From assembly GCF_006345805.1 (NCBI RefSeq), contig NC_043017.1, positions 16,244,001 to 16,308,000 on the forward strand: DNA of 64,000 nt, read 5' to 3'. A program made the translations under genes and the position numbers. Positions 12,597-24,842 of the stretch are shown piece after piece (positions within the stretch are counted from its first letter, which is position 1; every line of letters begins with the position of its first letter). The notes under the pieces were generated by a model. It saw only the letters and a list, made by a program, of their open reading frames with translations. It made no database searches and was not told the DNA's origin. Source of the stretch: Octopus sinensis (Eukaryota).

Positions 12597-12800
12597 ATGA
12601 CGATAGTGGTGGTGGTGGTACTGATGCTGCTGCCGATGATGATGATAATTGATAGAACGGTGTATTATGTATGTATGTATGTATGTATATATATATACAT
12701 ACATACATACATACATACATACATACACCGTTCTATCAATTATCATCATCATCATCGGCAGCAGCAGCAGCATCAGTACCGCCACCACCACCATCGTCAT
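12597..12800. repeat. ~200-bp palindrome centred on (TA)n
   Basis: atgacgat..ggtactgatgctgctgccgatgatgatgataattgatagaacggtgta(tatg)n(ta)n mirrored by (cata)n caccgttctatcaattatcatcatc..ggcagcagc..atcagtacc..atcgtcat. Confidence 0.95.
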
Positions 12801-12803
12801 ATA

Positions 12804-12842
<39 letters not shown>

Positions 12843-12911
12843 GACACAATTCTCTCAATTATTAGCTAGAAAGATAAATAGTTAGATAGATAGATGGATA
12901 GATAGCTAGAT

Positions 12912-12955
<44 letters not shown>

Positions 12956-13254
12956 TGAGTGAGTGATAGAGGCTATAAATATTGACAAGTGGTGGAGGTG
13001 GTGGTGGTGGTTGTGGTGGTGAGGGGCAAGGTATGGGCGATGGTATTGGCTCCGGGTTCTAACTACGGAGTGTGTAAGAGGGGAAATACTGTTTGTGGTG
13101 ATGTGTGTAGTAAGGTGATGGTGGGGGGTGGGAGCAGAAAAATAAGAGGAAATCGGGACAGATATAGAGACAGATGGTTAAAAGGGATTTTCTCTATACA
13201 CACCCACCCCTATATATACATACATACAACATACATATGTGTGCGTATGTATGT

Positions 13255-13301
<47 letters not shown>

Positions 13302-13428
13302 ATATATATTATATATTATATATATATATTACACCACGTGTGTTCATATCTGCATATTACATACATATATTTTATATACCTAATTACATTTATATACCGT
13401 ATATGTGTGTGCGTTTGTGTGTACATAC

Positions 13429-13495
<67 letters not shown>

Positions 13496-14070
13496 ATATA
13501 TACAGATGCTGATACGCCATAATATACGGAAAGGATCTTCCGGTGGTGGCAATAGGGGGCATTAGTAGAGTTATTTAAGGGCTAACCCCCACCCTTCCCT
13601 CCACTTCCATAGATGTAAAAATAAAAAAAACCGGGGGATTTTAGGCTTTTCGTGTTTATTCAGTGTTGTTTACACGTTTCATCTATTTTCGTAGCATTGC
13701 CTCCCTTACGTCGACATAGAGGAGGTTAGCTGGAATCGGGTATACGTCTATTAGGGGTCAGGCTCTAATTTAGGGTAAGGACGGGGTGTAAGTGTTAGGG
13801 TGCAGTGTTTCGAGGTTAATGTTGGACCTAGATGTTGGAGTTGGTGTTGAAATTTTGTGTTTTGAGAGTTGGTGTTGTTATTAATGGTAGTTTAAAGGGG
13901 TAGTGTTAGGGGTTTGCAAAGGTATTGGGGTGTGAAGCTTGAGTTAGTGTTAGAACAACTGCTACTCCGTACATCGGGGACGGCTTGTGCCGGAAGAAGT
14001 AAAGAGGAAATTTGAAAATCGATAGCCAGCTATCCAAAACATATACAGACAGATAGACAAATACTCACAC

Positions 14071-14116
<46 letters not shown>

Positions 14117-14126
14117 CACACATTTT

Positions 14127-14310
14127 AAGGTCCACAAAGATCAGAACTTAGCTGCAGCTCTTGGTGGTCCAAATCAAATATGCAATCTATGTGGGTATCT
14201 TTTCAATACATTGACTGGTTTAAAAATCCACCTCAGACGCCATGATGGATCCAAGGTGTAGGTACAAGAGGTGGTCAGACTCTGCCTAAGGAGCAGACAA
14301 CCACCATTTA
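14127..14310 (+). mobile_element. RTE-like LINE 3' end with C-terminal C2H2-like zinc finger
   Basis: Reads AAALGGPNQICNLCGYLFNTLTGLKIHLRRHDGSKV* (stop 14259-14261) followed by a short 3' UTR. Confidence 0.6.
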
Positions 14311-14355
14311 TATGCATGTTTCGTGTTCAGCAAAGTACCAGAATGATTTGCAGCT

Positions 14356-14437
14356 CGAGTCGACTATAACAAACTACTCTCCGGGTCGTTGTTTCTAACA
14401 ACGACTCGGAGAGTAGTTTATAACGAAGACTGACTCG
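14356..14437. other. Strong hairpin: 23-bp stem (one G.T) with 3-nt loop and a bulged basal extension
   Basis: aaactactctccgggtcgttgtt tct aacaacgactcggagagtagttt; basal cgagtc/gactcg. Confidence 0.85.
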
Positions 14438-14727
14438 TTTGTACTGGCATCGAGTTGTCTAAGTTGTAATAATGAAGACAAACCAAATAGTGGGATTCTG
14501 AAATCATTTAATACGTACATTTCAGGCTTGTGTAATATATAATAGGAACATGCATCCAATATGTAAGATCTTCCTCAGTTAAAGCACTCTCAAAAATATC
14601 TTTTAAATGATTTAACAGGGGAAGGTTTACGAAATGGATGCATTTCCCATTCTATATTACGCGAAACCGAATTTAAATGATTTCAAAATATCTCTCTCTT
14701 GATTGACTTCATTAATATAACTATACG

Positions 14728-14781
<54 letters not shown>

Positions 14782-14798
14782 TACACACACACACGTAT

Positions 14799-14830
<32 letters not shown>

Positions 14831-15117
14831 TAAGGACCGCAAATACTCAATGAATGAGTTTGGTTTGTGCGCCGGGTCACTGCGAATTAGCGCAGCAGGG
14901 AGGACTCCTTCAAAGCATTGGGTGTTAAAACACCTGAAAGTCACAGACAGGCGAAACAACTGGCCCCTAATTCCATTCACGTTGGATGGATTACGGCATT
15001 TCGCCATTTTTGCGGTTTATCATTTCATACCTGAATCAAACCAGGAACGAACTGAATCGCCAGAATATTACTATATACAAATAGGGTAAAAACATACGTA
15101 TATGTGTGCGTGTGTGT

Positions 15118-15169
<52 letters not shown>

Positions 15170-15381
15170 ATATATTGTAGAAAGAAAGACGTGAAATCTA
15201 TTTATTTATTGGTTGTAAAAATGATAAACGGGCTTTCATCGATTTTCAAACCTTATTGCCTTCTCATCATATCAATTTGATCAGTCCCAGAGAAACAAGC
15301 GGTCAACCTGTTCATATGCTCAACAAATCCTGTGGCTACAGAGAACTGGAAGCACTAATTTGCATGCTTTAAGTGTTTGAT

Positions 15382-15632
15382 AGCGGAAGTACATGGCCTA
15401 GTGGTTAGAGTAGCGGACTGGCGGTCGAGGAATCGCGAGTTCGAATCCGAGCGATGTGCATGTTTATGACCGAAGCACCTAAGCTCCACGCGGTTCTGGC
15501 AGAAGGCAGAAAGCAGATCACCTGCGACGGACCGGCGTCTCGTCCAGGTGAGGAAACTATACGCCACTGAAACCAGGAAACCGGCCCCTAATGAGCCAGG
15601 CGTGGCTCGAGAAGGAGCAAACAACAAAAACG
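15382..15632 (+). mobile_element. tRNA-derived SINE family C
   Basis: A box tggcctagtggttag, B box gagttcgaatcc, body cctgcgacggaccggcgtctcgtccagg, (AAC)-rich tail. Confidence 0.75.
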
Positions 15633-15924
15633 ACAACAAGTGTATGATACTTTATTTTACTCCCAGGGACCTCTCAACAAGGATCTCAGTCCATCCAGCA
15701 TCAAGGTGTGACATGATTATATATATATAACCTATACAGTAGATGTATAAATAGAGCAATCGATTTCCGAACTTTATTGGTGTCCCATCAGAGATGTGAA
15801 CACGACGGGATCGATTCCAGAGAAACAAGCAACAAATCCATTTTGTTTTTATGTGGGGTTTATATAAAAACCATTTAATATTAAACTGAGGGGTCACTCG
15901 AAACCCTTTTCTGTAGAGTACATA

Positions 15925-16035
15925 TTTATTTTTTTGTTTATTTTTATTCATTTTTGTTTATTTTTGTTTATTTTTGTTTATTTTATTCATTTTTATTTTA
16001 TTTTTGTTTATTTTTGTTTCTTTTATTTTATTTTT
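15925..16035. repeat. (TTTATTTTTG)n-type decamer repeat
   Basis: Direct reading. Confidence 0.85.
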
Positions 16036-16829
16036 ACAAGGATAAGTTTGACGGTGACAGTGACTTCGAAGTTTCGGCTTCTCGCTATCGAAAGGCTTGG
16101 GGTGACTGTGAGGAATCCCAAATTTCGAAGTTACTAGCAACTACATCCATTTTCTTGGACAGACAGACAGACAGACAGATAGAGAGAGAGAGAGAGAGAG
16201 ATACATATATACTCAAATACAAAAATATATAATTATATATATGTATGTATTGTATGTACATGTGCGTTTGTTTATATTTGAGTTGTGTGTGTGTATGTGT
16301 ATGTATTTATGAGAGTGTGTATACACACAATCGCATATAAATATACATACCTATATCTATGTCTACACACACACACGCGCATGCGTATACGCTTTTATAG
16401 CTGAAATATTTGCCGTCACAAATGTGTTAACGAGACCAACACCAGATGTTGCCAACAAAAACAAGATGGCCGGCGGCCATTTTCTAATTGGACGGGAGGA
16501 GGGGAGAGGGAGGAGGTGGAGAATTATGATGGCAGTGGGCATGGCAGGGTGGATCGTTAAAGTTGAGGTGGCGGAGGCAGTGGGTGGTGGTGGTGGTGGT
16601 GGTGTGGTGGTGTGGTGGTGGTGTTGGTGTGGTGGTGGTGGTGGTGGTGGTGGTGGTGGTGGTGGTGGTGGTACATAGGAATGTCGACATGCTTGTAATG
16701 AATAACGCCAGGCTTTTATGGCTGTTAGCCTTTAATCTCACTCTCCATCTCTCTCTCTTTTTCTCTATACTTCAGCAGTGGTGGTGGTGGTGGTGGTGGT
16801 GGTAGCACTTGTAGCAGTAGTAGCAAACG

Positions 16830-16975
16830 CAGCAGCAGCGGCAGCGGCAGCAGCAGCGGCAGCAGCAGCGGCAGCAGCGGCAGCAGCGGCAGCAGCGGCA
16901 GCAGCGGCAGCAGCGGCAGCAGCGGCAGCAGCGGCAGCAGCGGCAGCAGCGGCAGCAGCGGCGGAAGCAGCGGTG
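16830..16975. repeat. GC-rich (GCAGCAGCG)n nonamer repeat
   Basis: More than ten near-perfect units. Confidence 0.95.
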
Positions 16976-17337
16976 CTCCAGTATTCCATCTCCAATACGT
17001 TCCATCATCCAGGGATCCTTGCACCAATTCCAAACCTCTTTCATGTCATCCCACTTTCTGGAAACGGATGAACGACACACCTTCCCGTTAACCCTTGCTT
17101 CTCTCATTGCAACCGCACAATATTTCTCCTTTCACAGAGGACCCCCACATTAACCCCCAAATCTGAATCATTTCGCCCCAGAATTTTTACCTCCTGAAAT
17201 CCACCCCCGCCTCATTACAGTGGATTTTCCCCTGATTTCGGGGGACATTAATCCTGGGAAGGTCCATGACAGGCCACCGACAGATCGCACCCGCCTCTCC
17301 AATACCAATAACACAACACGCACACACACACACAAAT

Positions 17338-17660
17338 TGGCCCTCCGTCGGTTTCGACGACGAGGGTTCCAATTGATCCGATCAACGGAAAAGATTGCTC
17401 CTGGAATTAACACACAAGTGGTTGAGTATTCCACAGACACGTGTACCCTTGGTGTAGTTCTCGGAGAGATTCAGTATGACACAGATACGACAAGGTTGGC
17501 CCTTTTGTATTGCAGGTACAACACACTTTTGCCAGCTGAGTGGATTGGCAAAAACGTGAAAGAAAGTGTCTTGCTCAAGGTCACGGCGCACCCTGGGAAT
17601 CGAGCTCATGGTCTTACTATCCTGAGCCGGATGCCTTAACCATTAAGCCACGCGCCTTCA
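17338..17660 (-). mobile_element. tRNA-derived SINE family D (CORE-like segment)
   Basis: Reverse strand reads gaaggcgcgtggcttaatggttaag (A box), gagctcgattcc (B box), ccttgagcaagacacttt, ccactcagctggcaaaa...; relatives at 19715-19790, 56300-56545 and 63735-63900. Confidence 0.8.
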
Positions 17661-18440
17661 CACATACATATTGCAACAACAGATATGCCATGTCCTCTCC
17701 CTGCTTCTTTCACCGGTATTATTACATCCTCTGCTCTCCAACCCTAAAACTCTCTAACTGTCGCCACCCGATCTCATCCAATACTTTCTCATTTATTTAT
17801 ACTCTTAATCTCGCCGTTTTTAGTCTATCTGCCGTTGGGGATCCTTCGTCGAGCTCAGCGATGAGCAATTAGTTGTTCGACTAACTGAATTCCTAGCTGT
17901 ATAAAAAAAAATAACCCTATCCGCACCCGTAAGATAGCCGTTCACTGTACTGTGCCGCAGAGAAAATTTTTCGCCGTGAAGATAATTGCCTTTATAAAAT
18001 ACAAAACGGACCAAGAAATGAAACGAAAGCGAGCGCCATCTGTACGTCATTCGATTTAAGAAACAAAAGCTTGTACAACATTTCTGCAACTTACGTAGTT
18101 GCCATAATAGATTCCAGCGACAAGCATTGCAGGATGAATGCTACTATTTTGATGCAAGCTTTACGTCGGAGTATCTTTCTCCTAGAAGACCTGCCTTCCC
18201 CACGGCATTGTCAAAAATAACAGGATCCTCCTCTCTCCCTGGGAAAGCTAATCCAAAGATTAATCCTAATAGGTATTACCGATCTGCATGAGAACGAACT
18301 GGGAAATAATGGTATTTAAGAGGTGACTTTCAGCGCTGGTTTTACTTTCTATAGGGCGTCTGCAGAGATAACTTTAAAAAGTGATTGAATGGTACTGCTA
18401 ACACAGTAGGACACGCTAATGACTTACAAGCCTTTTAATA

Positions 18441-18613
18441 TACGTGGTCTGATCAATAAGTATCCGGACTGTTGCCATAGTAACGAAGCTAAAGCACACA
18501 GAGTGAAACTGCATGGCACAGACTTACCTTAAACTCTACTGTGCATGCGCACTAAGTTTTAACGGCTTTACTCTACATGTTTTAGTCCGGATACTTATTG
18601 ATCAGATCTCGTA
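18441..18613 (+). mobile_element. Mariner-type MITE (deletion derivative) with 30-bp TIRs including terminal TA
   Basis: tacgtggtctgatcaataagtatccggact ... agtccggatacttattgatcagatctcgta (2 mismatches). Confidence 0.9.
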
Positions 18614-19029
18614 CTTTGTAGTCTATCCTGGTTGTATAAAGAAATACGCTGTCCCAACCATCAATTGATATATACGTCCAGCTGCCAGGAATGTGTTTAA
18701 TATGTAAAACTGGTTTATCCAATTGTGTTACGCCGGTAAATTAAGGACTTTTTAAGCAGTGTGTTCGTGGACGGTTAATGGGGTGGATGTGGAGCTGAAG
18801 AAGCAGCAAGAACTCCTGAAATATGTATATACACTCATCACTTATTTTTCTATCTTCGATTGCATTGTTTACATAGACGCATTCATATACAAAATGCAAC
18901 TTTTAGTCCTGGGTCTAGTTTTTATAGAAAATCTGGAGAGATAACTTTAAACCTGCTACACGGAAATGTGGTGACTCGTCTCCATTTTGAGATCTCTTAA
19001 CATGAAACCATCGGTTGCCTTGTTAACCC

Positions 19030-19130
19030 ATATATATAATTGGAATTTACAAAAAAACAAAAGACGAAGACAGGTGTGTAAACAAAAAGCAACAGAAAGG
19101 AACACGAGAAATTAAACAGAAAGAATAAAA
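19030..19130 (-). mobile_element. Truncated terminus of a Penelope-like element abutting (TA)n
   Basis: Reverse strand cacctgtcttcgtcttttgttttt...tatatat resembles 455-500 (cacctgccttcgtcttttgttt). Confidence 0.5.
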
Positions 19131-19489
19131 AAAAAGCTTTAGTAGCTAGCGGGCAATTATGGCGATGGCTAGACAGAGGTGGTCAGATAGGAGAGCTAGG
19201 AAGAAGGGGAGATAATAAAGTAGTGGTGATCCGAAAACGAAGATATGCGTGCGTGTGGATAGGGGCTGGTGACCTTCACGTGTGGGTGCGAGTGCTGGGA
19301 AGTGGTCAATGCTGGTGTGTGCAGGGTGGTGTGGTGTGTTGTGCTGTGGTGTGATGGTGTGGTATGGTGGTGCGTAGTGCGGTGTGGCATGATGTGGTGT
19401 GGGGGTAAAGGTGGGGTTGAGGTGTATATACACATACACATTAAGTTCTTAATCTTACTACTACTAATAATTATAATCATTATAATTGT

Positions 19490-19985
19490 TTCTAATTTCG
19501 GCACAGGAACAGCAATGTTTGAGGGGAGGGGACAAATTGTTTACATCGGCCCCAGCACTTGACTCGCATTTTATTTCGTCGACTCTGAAAGAATGAAAGG
19601 CAAAATTGACATCGGTGTGATTTGAACTTTGAATGTAAAAAGATGTATGAAATACGGTTGAGCTTCTTTTTTGTTTTACGCTATCGGCAGCTTTAGCTTG
19701 GAAGTAGGTGAGTATTCCGTAAACATGGGTACCCTCAGCATAATTCTCTGCTGGAGCTAGCGTGACACAATAAGACAAGAATAGACTTTTGAATATATTG
19801 GAAGAACCCAGGAAGAGAAAAGGGTGAGATGAGATGATAGTGGTCTGGTCTTTTATATTTCGACCCCTTGAAGGTTTCGCTTCATATTCCAAAAAGATAA
19901 AAAAAACACAAATTTGACTTGGGGAGAATTTGAACTCAGAGCGCAGGGATCTACAACAAATGCCACGAAGCATTCTGCCCAAATG
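19490..19985 (-). mobile_element. Two diverged SINE A copies (about 19490-19690 and 19830-19985) with a SINE D fragment between them
   Basis: gaatgaaaggcaaaattgacatcgg..tttgaact; gaatttgaactcagagcg..gcattctgccc. Confidence 0.65.
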
Positions 19986-20576
19986 AAAACGAAAGGAAAA
20001 TAAGGCGAATATTGGTGAGAAAGTTGAGGTGGGGAGACAGACAGACAGACAGACAGATTAGGGAGACAGGCAGTGAGTTCAGGGGTTAGACAAACAGATT
20101 AAAGGAACAATCATGTTAGGGAAATAGTGAACCCAGTGGGGGACAAATAGTAAGTTCAGGGGTTGCCAGGGAGACAGTCGGATTCGAGAAACAGACAGTG
20201 GGTTCGGTACGAACGAACTGGCAAATCATTGGCGGGAGAGGGTAGGAGACAAACAGGGAGTTCATGGAGAGGGGGGAGACATTAGGGGATAGCAGATGAA
20301 ATAAGGGGACATCCACTCAGAATATTGTTGAGTATCTAGAGACAAGTTGGAAAGAGTGGTAGACAGACAGACAGGCAGACAGGATGGGAAGGAGGCACGA
20401 AGGCGGACAAATGGAAGTCACTGACAAATTTGCGAGAGAAGGTAGACAGATTGGGAGAGAATTGTGAGGTAGAAATAGACATTCGTTGACAGGAATACAG
20501 AAGGATAGAGAAGCAGAGGGACAGACAGACAGACACTCTCCTCATTTACAACAGCAGCGACAACAACAACAACAAC

Positions 20577-20627
<51 letters not shown>

Positions 20628-21529
20628 TTGTAACGAAAGGAAAAGAAACAGATTGGTAATATTGTACGGTGAAAACGAAATATAACAGACACACACACAC
20701 ACACACACACACACATACTCAGTCTAATGGTGTTGATTCTGAAAACACATCCCCAACATATGTTTTCTCCACCTCAGGAAAGTTGTTTCTATGTAAAAAT
20801 CAACGACATAATTGAGATAACACAGAGATTTGATGTATGCGTGTGTGTGTGTTGTGTGTGTGTGTGTGCGGATAAGAGTGTACGTATGTATGTATATACA
20901 TATATGTATGTATGTGTGTGTATATATATGCATACATATAAACATATATACAGCATGTATAAGTAATACATATTTACATACATACATAAACACATACATA
21001 TATACATCATCATGCATACATTCATATACAAATATACATGTATATATCTATGTATATACACACACACACGCACACACCTATATCAGCGACTGCACACTTG
21101 ATTGAGAAGCAGAGCGAAGTGCTATCTGCGTGGATACGTAAATAGGGCTACAGAAACCTATTTTATCTTCGCATGTTCTATATTTGTCAGCCATGTGAGA
21201 GGTCTGCCATGACAGTTGTACGTGGGTCGAGATATTCACTTTTATCTTATCTCTCTCTAGTTATTTCTCTATTGACACATCTACCTGCCCACATGCTGAC
21301 GTACATACATACACACACACATACATACATACATACATATAGATATATATATGTGTGCGTGTGTGTATGTGTCTGTGTATATACATACACATATTTACAT
21401 ATATACATATATACATATATATTTATGCATATATAGATACACACCGAAGGGAGTCTCAGATAGATACACATACGCACATTTGTATTTTCACAAATACACA
21501 CTCACGCGCACACACACACACACATACAT

Positions 21530-21690
21530 ACACACATACATACATACATACATACATACATACATACATACATACATTCATACATACATACATACATACA
21601 TACATACATTCATACATACATACATACATACATACATACATACATACATACATACATACATACATACATACATACATACATACATACACG
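21530..21690. repeat. (CATA)n microsatellite
   Basis: Direct reading. Confidence 0.95.
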
Positions 21691-22118
21691 TACACGTATG
21701 TGGGAAAATGTATTTCTTTCAGGCATGTTACATGGAGAAACACGACTATGTTCCAAGTTACTCTTTTTAATTAGTTTTATTTCTTCGTATCTTTTTATCT
21801 AACCTTTGCGGTGTATTTCCAGTAACAAGGCGTCTAAATTTTACATTTTATAACTTTACTGACTATCTGGTCCTCATTATCAGGACACGGAGGGTGTTGG
21901 CTTCTATACTGCTTTTTTTTTTAAACAGTTATTTTTGCAGGCTTTTATTCTTTATTTATTTTAGATGTACGAAACACTGAACTTCATGTTATGAACCTAA
22001 ATGCTCTTTTAACTGGCTAGTTAATTAACTAATTAATCAATTAATTTTGAAAATGATTCAGTTAAAAAATAATTGCCTATTGCAAGACAAACCTGAAAAT
22101 CACCCGTACGCCACTGTT

Positions 22119-22329
22119 ATGTATGTATGTATGTATGTATGTATGTATGTATGTATGTATGTATGTATGTATGTATGTATGTACGTACGTACGTATGTAT
22201 GTATGTATGTATGTATGTATGTATGTATTTTTCTATGTATGTATGTATTTCTCTATGTATGTATGTGTTTCTGTATGTATGTATGTATGTATGTATGTAT
22301 GTATGTATGTGTTTCTGTATGTATGTATG

Positions 22330-22360
<31 letters not shown>

Positions 22361-22590
22361 GTATGTATTTATGTATGTATGTATTATGTATGTATATATG
22401 CATTTATGTATGTATGTATTTATGTATGTATGTATGTATGTACGTATGTATGTATGTATGTATGTATGTATGTATGTATGTATGTATGTATGTATGTATG
22501 TATTTATGTATGTATGTATGTATGTATGTACGTATGTATGTATGTATGTATGTATGTATGTATGTATGTATGTATGTATTATGTATGTAT
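22119..22590. repeat. (TATG)n array, ~470 bp
   Basis: Direct reading; interspersed ttt(t/c)tctat units at 22228-22320. Confidence 0.95.
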
Positions 22591-23092
22591 TTTTCTATCT
22601 TTGATTATTTAAATTCTTCTTTCGAAGAAGGAGCTAATCTCTAACAACGATACAAAGCTCGATCGTTGGAATATAAATAATGAAAACAATGTCAGATTTT
22701 AAACTTCAGAAAAGTCTTGCATATTTTTACTGTTCCGCTTACAGATCGTATTTGTAATGTGAGAATCAGTCGGCTGATTTCTTTTCTTGAAAACCCAAGC
22801 TTATCCAGACTGACGGAAAACCTGTCAACGCCCCCCCCCCCAGCGACCGGGGATGAGAGACCCCAAGGTTTTGTTTTGGCATCTCTCCAGGAGAAAGGTA
22901 ATTCCAAAATACGCACCTCGGTACGAAACTGAAGATCTTCCCCTTGCTTATTTCTGGACTACTTGTCCTTGTAGGAGAGTGTCTTAGCCTGTGTTCTGCA
23001 AGGTGGTATTGACGTTCAGCACGGGCGTTGCTGTTAGGTGTTGTCTTTAACATTTAGTGATGGTCCTTTCCATCTACAAGTCGACAGCCACG
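22591..23092 (-). mobile_element. R4-like RLE retrotransposon 3' fragment flanked by (CATA)n
   Basis: C-terminus SLDKLGFSRKEISRLILTLQIRSVSGTVKICKTFLKFKI*; matches 60029-60190 at DNA level. Confidence 0.7.
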
Positions 23093-23111
23093 ATGTATGT
23101 ATGAATGTATG

Positions 23112-23316
23112 TTTTTTGTGTGGGCGGGGAACCGGCCTCCTATTTAGGAATAAGGTTTTGAAGGAAACCACTACTTTTTCTTCATCAGCCTCTAAGTTTA
23201 TAAAAATCTTGCAGATCTGTATTGTCTCAAATAGCGCGATCATTTGAGCCTGTGAGTTGTATTCTCTCGCCAAGAACTTAAGTTCAGCCATACTTTGCTT
23301 CAACCGTATCCCCTTG
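23112..23316 (-). mobile_element. Diverged R4-like RLE 3' fragment flanked by (CATA)n
   Basis: ITGTRGY (compare IIGALGY) and TIQICKIFINL (compare TVKICKTFLKF); TATG repeats on both sides. Confidence 0.5.
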
Positions 23317-24042
23317 TTCCAGTAATATGTATGTATGTCTCCATGTATGTATATGTGTATGCATGTACGCATGTATGTTTGTATGTATGTATGTATGTAT
23401 GTATGTATGTGTGAATGTATGTATGTATGTATGTATGTATGTATGTGTGTATATATTTGTATGTGTGTATATATATGTATGTATGTGTGAATGTATGTAT
23501 GTGTGCATGTATATATGTTTTCTTGTATTTATGCGTATGTATGTGTCTCCGTATGTAAATGGGTATGTATGCGCGTGTATGACAGCAAGTATGTATACAA
23601 GATGAATGTTTCCGATTCCCTCTGATAAACAGGATCTGATGAATGCACTATTTAGCAAAAAATTGAAGTCAAGGAAATGTCATAATTATACCGAACATGG
23701 AATGAGTTTCCACAATATTTCGATGTAAGCAACATACAGAGAACTGCACCAATTATTCAACCATTCTAGAAACAGCTGTAAAGGAATGTCTGCACAGCAT
23801 CGTTTGATTACATCCAAAATTTTTACCTGCAATGACTTTTACCTACCTACCAAATTATGTCCTGTCATCAGTATGGAGTTATATATAAACACACACGTGC
23901 ATACACACACATGCATACACACACATGCATACACACATACACAAACACACATATACATATATAAATACATACATATATATATATATGTGTGTGTGTGTGT
24001 GTATACAAGGAAATAGATAAAGAAGAAATAGAAATTATATAC

Positions 24043-24078
<36 letters not shown>

Positions 24079-24229
24079 GTACATATGCGTACATATATAT
24101 ATATATATATGCATATATGTACGTATATATGCGTATCTTTATGTGTATGTATATATATATGTGTGTGTGTGTGTGTATCTATATTCTATACAGACAATAC
24201 AAAAACATTGTCCACAATTTAACAACTGA

Positions 24230-24792
24230 CTCACGCAATATTCATTTCTTAGATGTAACCCATTCGAAGTAATGAACGGAGCCAGACCAAGGTCTGAGCG
24301 AGAGGAAATTTATCCTGAAGTACAACTGGAAGTTTTGAATCGCAGCTGAAGTACAAAGAGAGTTTAGGAGTTTCAAACTGATCCACCAACGCAACTTGCC
24401 AAGATAAGGTTACAGCAGATGGAATTGCAGTTTAGAATGATTACAAGAAGCGTTCCGGAAGACGGCGGACATCAACGAACCCCACAATGCAACAAAGGAT
24501 GCTAAAGAAGTATTGCCAGAGTTCAAGAAAATCGGTGTGGAAGTGAGTCATGAGATAGGAACTTCGAAATAAGGCAACCATCACATTTTTAAGCGATGTC
24601 AATGGAAAAGTTACATTTGAAGAATAGTCCAGGTTCTGAATGAAGTTGATCCAGGCTCAAGAGTGGAGGTTTGCTCGTGGTATTTGGCAACAAGATGCAC
24701 ACTTTCCAACAAAGATTGTCTGGAGTGAATAGGCTATATTTAGATTAAACGACTCAACTAACCGCATCAATTGCCCCCACACACACACACAT

Positions 24793-24842
<50 letters not shown>

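Noticed and set aside
13760-13950. Telomere-like TTAGGG variants
   Set aside because: Scattered single degenerate hexamers in a G/T-rich tract, not an array.
14181-14243. C2H2 zinc finger as a host gene (octopus has expanded C2H2 genes)
   Set aside because: Single finger with no TGEKP linkers, followed by a stop and a short retroelement-like 3' end; fits an RTE-type C-terminus better.
15382-15450. tRNA gene
   Set aside because: A and B boxes are present but no complete cloverleaf; continues into a SINE body, as do all other tRNA-like heads here.
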